This document shows positions 1 through 10,350 of a stretch of 64,000 bases of DNA, piece by piece (the first letter of the stretch is position 1; the number at the start of each line of letters is the position of its first letter). Where the stretch lies: contig CAWJWJ010000001.1 of assembly GCA_963846575.1 (NCBI GenBank), positions 576,001 through 640,000 on the forward strand, in the 5' to 3' direction. Under the pieces are notes generated by a model. It was not told where the DNA came from. It was given only the letters and a program-made list of their open reading frames with translations, and searched no databases. Origin of the DNA: an uncultured Nitrospiraceae bacterium. GTDB lineage: Bacteria; Nitrospirota; Nitrospiria; Nitrospirales; Nitrospiraceae. The position numbers and the translations under genes were made by a program.

Positions 1-2130
1 GAAGACATCACCGAACGGAAGCGACAGCAGGAAATCGAGCAGATGCGCCTGGTGCAACTGGAAATCCAGCAGTCGGTCCTGCACAACTTGGCGGAGCATC
101 CGTCGATCCACAGCGGGCATCCTCAGGAGGCCTTTCCCGTCATCACTGAAAATGCGACTAGAACCTTTGGCGTCGAGCGAGCCGGCATCTGGCTGTTCGA
201 CGACCGGCTGTCCGGTCTGGTGCTGCAAGATCTTTTCGAAGCCACGCCCAAGCAACATACCAACGGGACACATCTGTCGATCGACCGGTACCCCGGCTAT
301 CTTCGCGCCCTGGAAACCGAAGCCTATTCCTTAGCTGCGCATGATGCCCGAACTGATCCGCGCACGTCCGAATTGACCTCCTCCTACCTGTCTCCAATGG
401 GCATCGTGGCGATGTTAGACGCCCCGATCAGGCGGCAGGGCCGGGTCATCGGAGTGTTGTGTATCGAACACTTGAGTTCACCGAGGATGTGGACCGCGGA
501 GGAACAGACCTTTGCCGGCTCCCTGGCCGCAATGGCGACGCTCACGTTGGAGGCTGCCGACCGCCGGCAGGCACAGGAGGCACTGGAACAACATGTCCGC
601 GAACGCACAAGCGAGCTGCGGCGGACCACTGCGCACCTCCAGACCATTATCGAAGAATCGCCGTTGGCCATCGTCGAGCTGGATCAGGAAGGCCGCGTGA
701 CAACCTGGAACGCCGCCGCCACCGCGCTGTTCGGCTGGACCAGGGATGAAGTGACGGGACAACAGGTCCCCTATGTGCCGCCCGGACAAGAGCAGGCATC
801 CGACGATCTCTGGACGTCGGTGATGAGCGGCTCAGCGCCGAGGAATCTTGAACTCCGTCGTCAGCGAAAGGACGGAACGCTCATCGATGTGAACATGTGG
901 GGGTCCCTCCTGCAGGGCTCGGGCAACCAGGCGACGGGGTCCATCGGTTTCTTCATCAACGTCACGGAACACAAACAACTCGAAGACCAACTACGGCAGG
1001 CCCACAAGATGGAAGGCATCGGCCGATTGGCCGGCGGGGTGGCCCACGACTTCAACAATCTACTGACCGTCATCAACGGCTCCGCCGCGCTTCTCTTGGA
1101 CCAGGTACGCGCCGAGGATCCGCTGCACATGTTGCTCACGGAGATCCTCGCTGCGGGGCAGCGGGCGGCCGCGCTGACGAAGCAACTGCTCGCATTCAGC
1201 CGGCGCCAGGTCCTGACCTTCCAGCTGTTCGATTTGAACGACGCATTGACCTCGACTACCTCAATGATCGAGCGACTGATCGGCGAGGACATCACACTGG
1301 TGCGAGACCTCCACCCTCGGCCTTGCACCATTCGCGCGGACCGCGGCCAGATCGATCAAGTGATCCTGAACGTGGCGGTGAATGCCAAGGATGCCATGCC
1401 CGAAGGAGGCCGACTGACCATTACGACCCGCCATGTCAGCATCACCCCCGAGCATCCGGCAGCCCAATCGGCCCTGGTGCCCGGAGCCTATGTGCACTTG
1501 ATGGTCCGGGACTCCGGTAAGGGCATGGATCGGGAAACCCTGTCGCACATTTTCGAGCCGTTCTTTACTACCAAGGAAGAAGGGAAGGGCACCGGCCTGG
1601 GATTGGCGACGGTGTACGGCATCGTCAAACAAAGCCATGGATTCATTTTCGCTGACAGCCGGCCTGATGCGGGCACGACGTTCGACCTGTACTTCCCGCT
1701 GGTGGACGAGCCCGTGGTGCACAGCCGCATCACGCCACCCTCCAAACCCCAGAGCGGATCGGAGACAATCCTGCTCGTCGAAGATCAGCAGGCGGTGCGG
1801 CTGCTATTGACCCAGGTTCTCACTGATTACGGGTACAAGCTGCTCGAAGCGTCCAACGGCCAGGAAGCGTTGCGGCTCGTCGCCGTCACTCGCGACCCCA
1901 TCCACCTCCTGGTCACCGATGTCGTCATGCCGCAGATGACCGGCCCCGCCTTGGCTGAACGCTTGCGGCGACAATGGCCCGGCCTGCGTGTCCTGTTCAT
2001 GTCGGGATATGCGGAGGGAACGGTGCTTCCGACCTTCCTCGCCGAGCCGGGAACCGGCTTTATCCAGAAGCCGTTCCTGCCTGCAGATCTGGCCAGGAAA
2101 CTGCGCGATCTACTCGACCCTGCCAAATGA
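1..2130 (+). CDS. Hybrid sensor histidine kinase/response regulator (PAS-GAF-PAS-HisKA-HATPase-REC), 5' end outside window
   Basis: Frame is open from base 1 (EDITERKR, end of a PAC motif). H-box GGVAHDFNNLLT, N-box NAKDAM, G-boxes DSGKGM and GTGLGL, C-terminal receiver (LLVEDQ...TDVVMP...KPF). Confidence 0.93.
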   Translation, partial: EDITERKRQQEIEQMRLVQLEIQQSVLHNLAEHPSIHSGHPQEAFPVITENATRTFGVERAGIWLFDDRLSGLVLQDLFEATPKQHTNGTHLSIDRYPGYLRALETEAYSLAAHDARTDPRTSELTSSYLSPMGIVAMLDAPIRRQGRVIGVLCIEHLSSPRMWTAEEQTFAGSLAAMATLTLEAADRRQAQEALEQHVRERTSELRRTTAHLQTIIEESPLAIVELDQEGRVTTWNAAATALFGWTRDEVTGQQVPYVPPGQEQASDDLWTSVMSGSAPRNLELRRQRKDGTLIDVNMWGSLLQGSGNQATGSIGFFINVTEHKQLEDQLRQAHKMEGIGRLAGGVAHDFNNLLTVINGSAALLLDQVRAEDPLHMLLTEILAAGQRAAALTKQLLAFSRRQVLTFQLFDLNDALTSTTSMIERLIGEDITLVRDLHPRPCTIRADRGQIDQVILNVAVNAKDAMPEGGRLTITTRHVSITPEHPAAQSALVPGAYVHLMVRDSGKGMDRETLSHIFEPFFTTKEEGKGTGLGLATVYGIVKQSHGFIFADSRPDAGTTFDLYFPLVDEPVVHSRITPPSKPQSGSETILLVEDQQAVRLLLTQVLTDYGYKLLEASNGQEALRLVAVTRDPIHLLVTDVVMPQMTGPALAERLRRQWPGLRVLFMSGYAEGTVLPTFLAEPGTGFIQKPFLPADLARKLRDLLDPAK

Positions 2131-2180
2131 CGAAGGACATAATCGGCTGGCTGGCATCGAGACCCGGCCATGACAGCCGG

Positions 2181-2867
2181 CTAGCCGGGAAGAATAGTCC
2201 GGAAACTTTCAATGGAAGCAAACCGCAGAGAAGGAACTGGTGAGGCCTGCGAACTCGACTTTGAGCGATGAAAAATCCGGCTGATCCCGAAGTGTTCGGC
2301 CGCTGCCAGGCATTGTTCATCATCATCGATGTACAGGGCCCGCGCCGGGTCAAAGCCGACCAACCGGCGGCAACTGGGCCAGTACTCCGACCGCATCTTG
2401 AGCCATCCGACTTCAAACGCGTCGACAATGCGATCCACTCGCTGATCCAGGCCCGTCTTGGCAGTTTTAACTGTCACGCCGGCACGATGGGCGTTCGTCA
2501 AAATCGTCACGCGTTTCCCCAGGCGGCGCAGGGCCGACAAGAACTCTTCGGCATCAGGGAGGAACCCGATCATATGGTCGAGCTCGCGATGCAGGGCGAC
2601 CACATCAATATCCACCCGTTCCGTCCAGTAGTGCAAATCAGTCCAGGCTAACTCGCCCTCCACGGAACGGTACATCGCCATCAGACGAGCGCGGGCTTCC
2701 TCGAAGGCCAGGTCATGCTTCACCGCATACCGTCTCGGCAGTTCTTCCTCGAAAAAAAAGTTGTCGAAGTGGCGGTCGAGCAACGTGCCATCCATGTCGA
2801 GCAACACATCGTCGATCTGACTCCAATCCACCGGCTGAGGGAACGCATCGGACCCTGTTATCTTCAT
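2181..2867 (-). CDS. yrfG: HAD-family nucleotidase, YrfG-like (GMP/IMP nucleotidase)
   Basis: WSQIDDVLLDMDGTLLD motif I, LTNAH motif II, YIDDDE motif IV. Confidence 0.8.
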   Translation of the reverse strand: MKITGSDAFPQPVDWSQIDDVLLDMDGTLLDRHFDNFFFEEELPRRYAVKHDLAFEEARARLMAMYRSVEGELAWTDLHYWTERVDIDVVALHRELDHMIGFLPDAEEFLSALRRLGKRVTILTNAHRAGVTVKTAKTGLDQRVDRIVDAFEVGWLKMRSEYWPSCRRLVGFDPARALYIDDDEQCLAAAEHFGISRIFHRSKSSSQASPVPSLRFASIESFRTILPG

Positions 2868-2945
2868 TGCGGCAGTATAACGGAGCGGGTAACGACAAGA
2901 CGAGACATTGTGTTCCGTGAAATCTCTATGCTACCGTCGCACACA

Positions 2946-4322
2946 ATGTCTCGCACCAAAACCGCACATGGGCCTGTCGCGCCGCTGTTCACCCTCGAGG
3001 GCGGGCGCTTGCCCATCATCGCCATCATCGGACGGCCCAACGTCGGCAAATCGACCCTGTTCAACCGGATACTCGGCACGCGGGCTGCCATCGTCGACGA
3101 CGTGCCCGGCGTGACCAGGGACCGTAACTACGCCGATAGCGAGTATCGCAATCGCCGGTTCCGGCTGGTTGATACCGGCGGCCTCGACCCCACGGCCCAT
3201 GAGGGCATGTTGAGCCTGATCCGCCAACAGTCGCAGCTCGCCATCGCGGAGGCGGATATCCTGGTTCTCGTCCTCGACGCCCGATCCGGGCTCACCCCCC
3301 CGGATGAAGAAGTCGTCCGGACGCTCCGCGGGACCGACAAACCCGTCTTTTTCGTCATCAACAAGATCGATACGCCGAAAGCCGACCCCCTCATAGCCGA
3401 TTTCTATCGGCTGGGCCAGGACCAGCTCTATCCCCTGTCGGCCGAACATGGGATCGGCGTGGCGGAACTCCTGGATGACCTTTTTTCCCATATGGCCGAG
3501 CCGCCGGACGAAGAGACGCGCAGCGACATACCGCGCATCGCCATTGTGGGACGGCCGAATGTCGGCAAATCGACGTTGGTGAACTCCGTGCTGGGCGAAG
3601 CGCGCGTCGTGGTCAGCGACGTGCCGGGGACGACTCGCGATCCGGTGGATTCGGTCGCCACATTCAAGGACCGGCAGTATGTGCTGACCGACACGGCCGG
3701 AATCCGCCGGCGCGGTCGCGTCGAGCGCGGCATCGAAGGGTACAGCGTCGCCCGGTCGTTGCGTGCCATCGGCCGCTCGGATGTGGCAGTCCTCCTCCTC
3801 GACGCGGACGAGGGTGTGACTGAACAGGACACCAAAATTGCCGGTCTGGTGCTCAAGCAGGGACGCGCCTGCATCCTCGTGGTGAACAAGTGGGACCTCA
3901 AGAGCGACGATGTCGGAGCGCGGGAGGCGTACAAAGAAAATCTGGAGCGTCGCTTTCCCTTTCTGGCCTGGGCGCCGGTACTGTTCATTTCCGCGCTGGA
4001 GCAGGACTTTCTCCGTGGTCTCTTCGCACTGATCGATCAGGTCTATTTCTCGTTCTGCAAACGGGTCCCGACCGGCACCCTCAATCAATTCTTTCAATCG
4101 CTGCTCGAAACACACCCCTTGCCCGCCAGGAAGGGAAAACCTGCCAAAGCAAGTAAATCGGCCTTCGTTACGCAGGTAGCGACCAGGCCTCCGGCTTTCG
4201 CCCTCTTCGTGGGTCATCCCGACGACATGACGCCGGCCTATCTTCGTTTCCTCGAGAACCAGATTCGAAAGGAGTATCGTTTTTCCGGCACGCCACTTCG
4301 CCTGATGGTTCGTAAGAAATGA
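2946..4322 (+). CDS. der: Ribosome biogenesis GTPase Der (EngA)
   Basis: Two tandem G domains (GRPNVGKS twice, DTGG/DTAG, NKID/NKWD) and a KH-like C-terminus (YLRFLENQIR...FSGTP). Start placed at ATG 2946; 2928 is an alternative. Confidence 0.96.
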   Translation: MSRTKTAHGPVAPLFTLEGGRLPIIAIIGRPNVGKSTLFNRILGTRAAIVDDVPGVTRDRNYADSEYRNRRFRLVDTGGLDPTAHEGMLSLIRQQSQLAIAEADILVLVLDARSGLTPPDEEVVRTLRGTDKPVFFVINKIDTPKADPLIADFYRLGQDQLYPLSAEHGIGVAELLDDLFSHMAEPPDEETRSDIPRIAIVGRPNVGKSTLVNSVLGEARVVVSDVPGTTRDPVDSVATFKDRQYVLTDTAGIRRRGRVERGIEGYSVARSLRAIGRSDVAVLLLDADEGVTEQDTKIAGLVLKQGRACILVVNKWDLKSDDVGAREAYKENLERRFPFLAWAPVLFISALEQDFLRGLFALIDQVYFSFCKRVPTGTLNQFFQSLLETHPLPARKGKPAKASKSAFVTQVATRPPAFALFVGHPDDMTPAYLRFLENQIRKEYRFSGTPLRLMVRKK

Positions 4323-4692
4323 GATTGTTGTGCCGGACAGAGCTGCCCGACACCATCGGAGACCCGTTCGCCGTTTTGTGTTCTGACCCCGCACCCTGTG
4401 TTGAGATCTCCTGAAATTCCGTCCCCACAGAACTCCAGTGCGATGGAATCTCCTGCTTTGATGGCCGCATCCTCCACATCGATGCATACGCTGCCATCCC
4501 TGCCCTTGCAGCAACCAGCGCACAGCCCCTGAAGACCTTTCAACTTGACTCGTCCCGGTGAGCATGTTATTCGCACGGGTGGCCCGGAATGCCTCATCCG
4601 GCCAGACCGGATCCGCCACCAACGAAACAGTCCGGGTACACCACCACTCATTCGACGTCGTAGGACTTCCCGTCGATGAATCTCTGAGACAT

Positions 4693-5721
4693 ATGGCCAA
4701 TTTTACCTTCGCATTTCCGTTCCAATCAGTGCTGGGACGCGCCCTGCTCTCTCTCTGCATACTTGTCCCCTGCACATGGGCGCAAAGCGCCCCCCCCACT
4801 CCGGCCACGGAATCGACTCCGACCATGGAACCGACTCCGGCCATGGAACCGAACGAACCGCCCGCGCCGGAAGCTACGGAACCGTCTCCCATCCCGGTTT
4901 CTCCTTCCGGTCGAATCTCCGGCTCGATCTGGCGGTCCAAACCCGGCATCGTGTTCCTGCAAACCCCCATCGGACCCCTATCGCTCAGCTCGAAAACCAC
5001 GCTTCGCGACATTCGCGGCTCTCAGAAAATCACGCTCTGGATTCATGGGCCGAGCACGGTGATTGATATTCAGGAGAAGGGGGCCGGTACCCTGGTTCAC
5101 CGCTATATCACGGCAATGCCCAATTTCACCTCCCCGGAAAAGAAGACCGTGACCGTGTGGACACCGGAGGGTGAACAGCCCTTGGCGCTCGGAGCGTTCG
5201 AAGACAAGATTACGGCGCGGCCCGATCATCTCCCCTTCACGGTGGAAGTCGACCGGTCCGGCACGATCCGCGGGCTCCATGACGTTCAGTTTGATCTCCA
5301 AGTGAATCAGCTTCCCCGGTCGGCATCCCAGCTCCACCTGCTCTTGAATGGGACGGTCTCGAAACTGAAGTCGAACTATGTGTTCCTGAAGACCCCGCTG
5401 GGGATCGTCACCGTAAGTGGAAAAACCGGTGTACGGAACGCCAAGGTCGGGCAGGAGATGTCGGTCTGGGTCCGGGAACAACACGTGGCGATCGACTTGT
5501 ATCCGGACGGCCTCTCGGCACCGTCACGCCGGTTTTTGTCCGGCCCCTTGACCTACGCCTCCGGAGACCACAGTCAGCTCATCATGCAGACGCCGGAAGG
5601 AGAACAGTCCATTCCCCTCACGCAACGTCCTACCTCTCTCGCCGCGCTGAAGGAAGGCGTCCCGGTCACGATCGAACTCAACCAGCAGGGCGAGCTCGTC
5701 GATATCCGTCGGGTAAATTGA
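4693..5721 (+). CDS. Exported hypothetical protein with a Pro-rich linker and an internally duplicated beta-rich domain
   Basis: Signal-peptide-like N-terminus (…TWA/QS). The two halves share FLxTP(I/L)G…SxKT and TPEGEQ. Confidence 0.75.
   Translation: MANFTFAFPFQSVLGRALLSLCILVPCTWAQSAPPTPATESTPTMEPTPAMEPNEPPAPEATEPSPIPVSPSGRISGSIWRSKPGIVFLQTPIGPLSLSSKTTLRDIRGSQKITLWIHGPSTVIDIQEKGAGTLVHRYITAMPNFTSPEKKTVTVWTPEGEQPLALGAFEDKITARPDHLPFTVEVDRSGTIRGLHDVQFDLQVNQLPRSASQLHLLLNGTVSKLKSNYVFLKTPLGIVTVSGKTGVRNAKVGQEMSVWVREQHVAIDLYPDGLSAPSRRFLSGPLTYASGDHSQLIMQTPEGEQSIPLTQRPTSLAALKEGVPVTIELNQQGELVDIRRVN
4798..4851 (+). repeat. Three copies of an 18-bp in-frame tandem repeat
   Basis: actccggccacggaatcg / actccgaccatggaaccg / actccggccatggaaccg, encoding TPATES-TPTMEP-TPAMEP. 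Confidence 0.85.
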
Positions 5722-5760
5722 CCGTTCAGGCTGGACGAAAACCTGCCTCCTCTCTCTCGC

Positions 5761-5789
5761 TTGACAGGGTGGAGCGCCGCCCGTAGACT
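5761..5789 (+). promoter_or_regulatory. Sigma70-type promoter of the ECF sigma gene
   Basis: TTGACA-17 bp-TAGACT, 10 nt upstream of ATG 5800. Confidence 0.65.
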
Positions 5790-5799
5790 CGCCTCGCCT

Positions 5800-6432
5800 A
5801 TGTTGCCGAAGAAGAAAAGCCGCCGCGGAAACGACGACGGCCAGGAACCTTCTCCCTCCACCTCCGGCTCATTCGACCAGCTCTATCGCGAGCACATCGA
5901 CATCATGTACCGGTTCGCCTATCGACTGTGCGGCGAAGCCGAAGCGGCCAAAGACCTGGTCCAGGAGACCTTTCTGAACGCCTATCGTGCGTATGACCGG
6001 TTTCGGGGAGACGCACAGGTGTCGACCTGGCTTTATGCCATTGCGTCCCACGCCTGCCTCCGCATGCGCAGAAAACGAAAAGGCGAACCGGATCGCGAAT
6101 TGTCCCTGGAAGAATTCGTCCCGACCTCCGAGGGGGAGTTTGCTCTCCAGATTCCGATTGAAGGCCATAGCCCTCAGGAAGCCTTGGAGAATAAAGAGCT
6201 CCGCCAGATTCTCGATCGGGCCATCGGAAAATTACCGCCTAAATACCGCATGGTCCTGGTGCTCCGCGATATGGAAGGGTTGAGCGCCAAAGACGTGGGA
6301 GGCGTCCTCGGCTTGAACGAGCGCGCCGTCAAATCCCGTCTCCACCGCGCCCGGCTCTTCGTGAGAAAAGAACTCAGCGCGAGAGGAATTGCGAGCGAAT
6401 CGGACCGGACCCCTCACACCCGTCTCAAATAG
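5800..6432 (+). CDS. ECF RNA polymerase sigma factor
   Basis: Region 2 (AKDLVQETFLNAY…STWLYAIA) and region 4 (LPPKYRMVLVLRDMEGLS…VKSRLHRAR). Confidence 0.93.
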   Translation: MLPKKKSRRGNDDGQEPSPSTSGSFDQLYREHIDIMYRFAYRLCGEAEAAKDLVQETFLNAYRAYDRFRGDAQVSTWLYAIASHACLRMRRKRKGEPDRELSLEEFVPTSEGEFALQIPIEGHSPQEALENKELRQILDRAIGKLPPKYRMVLVLRDMEGLSAKDVGGVLGLNERAVKSRLHRARLFVRKELSARGIASESDRTPHTRLK

Positions 6433-6456
6433 TTTGGTATAGTCACGAAGGACACC

Positions 6457-6756
6457 ATGGCGGACCGAGTACGCACTTATCCAGGCACCCGGAACCCCAC
6501 CCCTCACCAGAGGCATGGGAAACGGCACTGCGTCAAGATTTTGGAACGGCTATCGGCCTATTTGGACGACGAGCTCTCCGGGGACGTCTGCAAGGAAATT
6601 CGCGTCCACCTCGGTGAATGTCCCAATTGCGAAGTGTTTCTCGATTCGCTCCGCCATACGGTGCAACTCTGTCAGCACCAGCCACCCCCCTCGCTATCCG
6701 CCAAGGACCGCGCGGCAATCAGGCGTCAGATTCTGAAGGGCGCGCAGTCGTCGTAA
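6457..6756 (+). CDS. Zinc-binding anti-sigma factor (ZAS, zf-HC2)
   Basis: C…LSAYLDDEL…HLGECPNC (HxxxCxxC), immediately downstream of the ECF sigma gene. Confidence 0.88.
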   Translation: MADRVRTYPGTRNPTPHQRHGKRHCVKILERLSAYLDDELSGDVCKEIRVHLGECPNCEVFLDSLRHTVQLCQHQPPPSLSAKDRAAIRRQILKGAQSS

Positions 6757-6773
6757 CCCGCTCAGATATTCCC

Positions 6774-7250
6774 ATGCCGCCGGTCTTGATACATTCGCAG
6801 ACGACCAGTGACGGCAGGCCCGTGAAGCCAGGAGCGAAGTCGAAGCAACCCAGGAAAGGCAAGACCGGTCGGCTCGCCGAGTGCTGTCTGCTGCTGTTCT
6901 TGTTTCTGTGCACCGGCGCCGGACTGGTCTTGGCTCAGGCCACCGAGGGGCTCGACCGGGGTCAGAGCACCTATCGCAAACATTGCATGGAATGCCACGG
7001 TCCGACCGGTAAGGGTGATGGGGTCAGGGCGCCGTCTCTGTCGCCTCGACCCGGCAACCTCGTATCGGCCGCTACTTCCGTCAAGACTGATCAGGAGTTG
7101 CTGCGCACCATCGCAGAAGGGAAATCGCGTACCGCCATGCCGGCCTGGGAAGGCGTGTTGTCCCCCGAAGATCAACAGGCGGTGCTTCAATATATTCGTT
7201 CGCTGGTTCGGTTCTCCCGCCCCCCGGCATTACCCTCCAGTGTTCCCTAA
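6774..7250 (+). CDS. Monoheme c-type cytochrome
   Basis: Hydrophobic signal, CMECH heme motif, distal Met in TAMPAW. Start codon uncertain. Confidence 0.85.
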   Translation: MPPVLIHSQTTSDGRPVKPGAKSKQPRKGKTGRLAECCLLLFLFLCTGAGLVLAQATEGLDRGQSTYRKHCMECHGPTGKGDGVRAPSLSPRPGNLVSAATSVKTDQELLRTIAEGKSRTAMPAWEGVLSPEDQQAVLQYIRSLVRFSRPPALPSSVP

Positions 7251-7332
7251 ACCCGGCTGCATCAGACCTCTTTCGTCTTAAAAGAGCCTCGTGGTACAGT
7301 GGCCTTCTTTATCGCTATCGGAGGTCGTTCGT

Positions 7333-9054
7333 ATGAATCGCGGGAACTTGTTCCATCGAACACAGACGAGTGCCATCGTGATCCTGGCCTGCCTGCTCAA
7401 TGTCTGGATCGGACCTGCCGACCCAGCCCAGGCCGCCGGGATGAAAAAACACTCCATGCCAGGCAAACCCAAGGGGACCCCGGCCGTTCAGGCGGCGGTG
7501 CGGTATGCCGAGGCCGTGGCGCACGGCGATCGCGTGACCACCGGCCAACTGGACTTTGCCTGCCAATACCGGTTCATCACGTCCTCACCGACGAAGGTGA
7601 AGGGTTTTGCCCCTGCCGGTGATCCATCCTACGATTCCTGCTGGCGCACCTTAACCGACGCGCATGCACCGGTGCTCAAGCGAACCGACACGGCCATGGA
7701 CGTCATATGGCCGAGCGCCGGCCCGCTGGTATTTTTCGGTGATGAGTTGCCCAGAACCCCGGCATCCGCATTCGTGATGGATGCATTGGGCACTTCGCCT
7801 CCGGGCACTGACCTGAAGGTCACCCCGATCAACAGTCGGGCCATTCCAGCCGGTTCCTTCCGTCTTGGAGGCAGAGGCAAAGTCCTGGGCGTCCCGACCA
7901 CGCTGGTGGAGTTATCCGTGGAGTACCACGATCCTCTGACCTCTCCGGTCACCTATGCTGCCGGCAACGTCAAATGGACCAGCCCGATCAAGCGCCCCCG
8001 GCGGGCGCTTAAATCCGTGACCACCCAGTGGGTCGTGTTCACCGGGCTGAAACAGCATGGCTTTCCCGGAGATGCCGCGGTGTTTAATCTGCCGGTGGAA
8101 GGGCAAGCCGAAGCGCCTGGTATGGTTGCGGACAAAATTCCTTTCGCCACGGAACGGAGTCGGGCGTTGCCTGAGTCATTGAAGTGGTGGGGACCGGAGG
8201 ATCAGCCCGGGACCTTAACCGCCGCCGCCGCCCGCGCCGCCAGTTTTCCCGATCTGCGCGACCGGGTGGCCCTGCTCAACCGGGTGCTGCTGATCGATCC
8301 TCAACAACCTGAAGCCCTCACCGTGTTGACGCAGCATCTCTACAGCGTGCTCCTGTATGAAGGACGCACCAGCCATCAATTGAACGTGAAGAACCCGGCC
8401 CTCGGGCTGGTGGTCGATGAGTTTTATTGGAATATCTATGCGCAGGGAGCCCGCATGGACCTATCCAACAGTATGGAAATGGGCGGCCTGTCCCAACCGA
8501 CACCGGCCGACTTCCTGTATCGCCTGATCCCGGCCCTTGAAACGCTGGTCAGCATCCGACCGGACCAGCTCGACAATCGTTTCCGGCTCGGGGTCGCCTA
8601 CCGCTGGAACAATGATCAGGGTCCCATGATCCACACCTTCGAAGCGCTGGTCAAAGACATCCCAGAGAACCGGCAGACTCCGAAGGCCGAGGCACTGCTC
8701 CAGTTAGCCTGGTCGCGCATCAACAAAGTTTCCTGGAACCGGATTCTGCATGACCCCGAGACGCCCCAGGCCTACGCTGATGCCGAAGCGTCCTTGGCTC
8801 ATGCCCAGATCCCGCTCGACAAATTTCTAGCCGAATATACGATGGCCTACAGCATGATCTTCCTGCCGAACTATGGGGACAAGACGAAGATGCTTCAGCA
8901 CCTCACCGAGGCCAAACGCTGGTTCGACGAGGTGCCTGGCAACTCAGAGGAAGTGTGGCGGTATTTCCTACGAACGGAACTGCTCCATGCCGTACTCGAC
9001 GCCGATCCCATGTTCAAACCGATACTGGCTACCATCGCAGAACCTCACGCGTGA
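7333..9054 (+). CDS. Exported hypothetical protein with a helical, TPR-like C-terminal half
   Basis: Long ORF with RBS ggaggt, signal peptide (AQA/A) and TPR-like segments (LLIDPQQPEAL; FRLGVAYR). Confidence 0.7.
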   Translation: MNRGNLFHRTQTSAIVILACLLNVWIGPADPAQAAGMKKHSMPGKPKGTPAVQAAVRYAEAVAHGDRVTTGQLDFACQYRFITSSPTKVKGFAPAGDPSYDSCWRTLTDAHAPVLKRTDTAMDVIWPSAGPLVFFGDELPRTPASAFVMDALGTSPPGTDLKVTPINSRAIPAGSFRLGGRGKVLGVPTTLVELSVEYHDPLTSPVTYAAGNVKWTSPIKRPRRALKSVTTQWVVFTGLKQHGFPGDAAVFNLPVEGQAEAPGMVADKIPFATERSRALPESLKWWGPEDQPGTLTAAAARAASFPDLRDRVALLNRVLLIDPQQPEALTVLTQHLYSVLLYEGRTSHQLNVKNPALGLVVDEFYWNIYAQGARMDLSNSMEMGGLSQPTPADFLYRLIPALETLVSIRPDQLDNRFRLGVAYRWNNDQGPMIHTFEALVKDIPENRQTPKAEALLQLAWSRINKVSWNRILHDPETPQAYADAEASLAHAQIPLDKFLAEYTMAYSMIFLPNYGDKTKMLQHLTEAKRWFDEVPGNSEEVWRYFLRTELLHAVLDADPMFKPILATIAEPHA

Positions 9055-9064
9055 GCAGCAACGA

Positions 9065-9096
9065 CGGCGGGACCCGGCAATGCGCGGGTCCCGCCG
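9065..9096. terminator. GC-rich stem-loop, putative terminator
   Basis: cggcgggacccg-8 nt-cgggtcccgccg just after the stop at 9054. No clear U-tract. Confidence 0.5.
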
Positions 9097-9297
9097 CCTG
9101 TTCGCCGGTGCCTCTCCACGTTTCCCCGCCCCTCACCCGCCGCTCAGGATCGTCACGATAGCTTCCTCACGACGGTTTGAAGTGCACGACACGGCGATGG
9201 CTCACGGGATCTGCAAAGGAATTCGACGTATCTATCTTGACAGGGTTCTCGATGGCCGGTTGCCTTCACGACGGCCCTCTAACCGAGAGAAGGACAC

Positions 9298-10350
9298 ATG
9301 ATTATGAACGACGTACAAGCCTATGCCGCGATGACTGCCACGACTCCGCTTGCGCCACTCACTATTTCCCGGAGGAAAGTCGGGCGGCAGGACGTGCTCA
9401 TCAACATCCTCTATTGCGGCGTATGCCACTCAGACCTGCACCAGGCGCGCGATGAATGGGGCGGGTCGCTCTTTCCGATGGTGCCGGGACATGAAATCGT
9501 CGGGACCGTCGAACAGGCCGGTGCATCGGTGAAAGGGTTGAAGGTGGGGCAGATGGTAGGAGTCGGCTGCTTCGTCGATTCCTGCCGGACATGCCCCTCT
9601 TGCAAGAAAGGCCTGGAACAGTACTGCGAGGGCCATCTGAGCTTCACCTATAACGGCAAGGAGCGAGACGGCGTCACGCCGACCTACGGCGGATACTCCA
9701 CTAAAATCGTGGTCGACCAGCGCTATGTCGTTCGAATTCCCAAGGGCTTACGTCCCCAGGAAGCCGCGCCGCTCCTGTGCGCCGGCATTACGACCTATTC
9801 GCCGTTGCGCCATTGGCGGGTAGGAAAGAAACATCGGCTCGCCGTGGTCGGATTGGGAGGCCTGGGCCATATGGCCGTGAAAATCGGCAAGGCCCTCGGC
9901 GCGGAGGTCACGGTGCTGAGCCACTCCGACAAGAAACAGGCCGACGCCAAACGGCTTGGAGCGCGGGCGTTTTACGCCACTTCGAAACCGGAGACCTTCA
10001 CAACCCTGGCGAAGCGATTCGATTTCATTCTGGACACCGTCTCAGCGCCGCACGATTTGAATGCCTATCTGGACTTGCTTAAAACCGATGGCACCATGAT
10101 TCTCGTCGGGGCTCCGGACAAACCCGCTCAATTAGGAGCGTTTCCCCTCATCCTCAAGCGACGGCGGTTGGTGGGCTCGCTGATCGGCGGGATCAAAGAA
10201 ACGCAAGAGATGCTCGATTTCTGCGGAAAACATAAGTTCGGGTCCGACGTCGAAGTCATTCCCATCCAACAGATCAACGCGGCTTACGATCGCCTCGTCC
10301 GGGGCGACGTGCGCTATCGATTTGTCATCGATATGCAATCGCTCAGGTAA
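9298..10350 (+). CDS. Zn-dependent NAD(P) alcohol dehydrogenase (cinnamyl-ADH/YahK family)
   Basis: CGVCHSD, GHEIVG, structural Zn cysteines (DSCRTCPSC…C), GLGGLG, YRFVID. Confidence 0.95.
   Translation: MIMNDVQAYAAMTATTPLAPLTISRRKVGRQDVLINILYCGVCHSDLHQARDEWGGSLFPMVPGHEIVGTVEQAGASVKGLKVGQMVGVGCFVDSCRTCPSCKKGLEQYCEGHLSFTYNGKERDGVTPTYGGYSTKIVVDQRYVVRIPKGLRPQEAAPLLCAGITTYSPLRHWRVGKKHRLAVVGLGGLGHMAVKIGKALGAEVTVLSHSDKKQADAKRLGARAFYATSKPETFTTLAKRFDFILDTVSAPHDLNAYLDLLKTDGTMILVGAPDKPAQLGAFPLILKRRRLVGSLIGGIKETQEMLDFCGKHKFGSDVEVIPIQQINAAYDRLVRGDVRYRFVIDMQSLR

Noticed and set aside
2931..5012. 693-aa minus-strand ORF
   Set aside because: Antisense shadow of der and the next gene, with no recognisable motifs. 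Such ORFs are common in GC-rich DNA.
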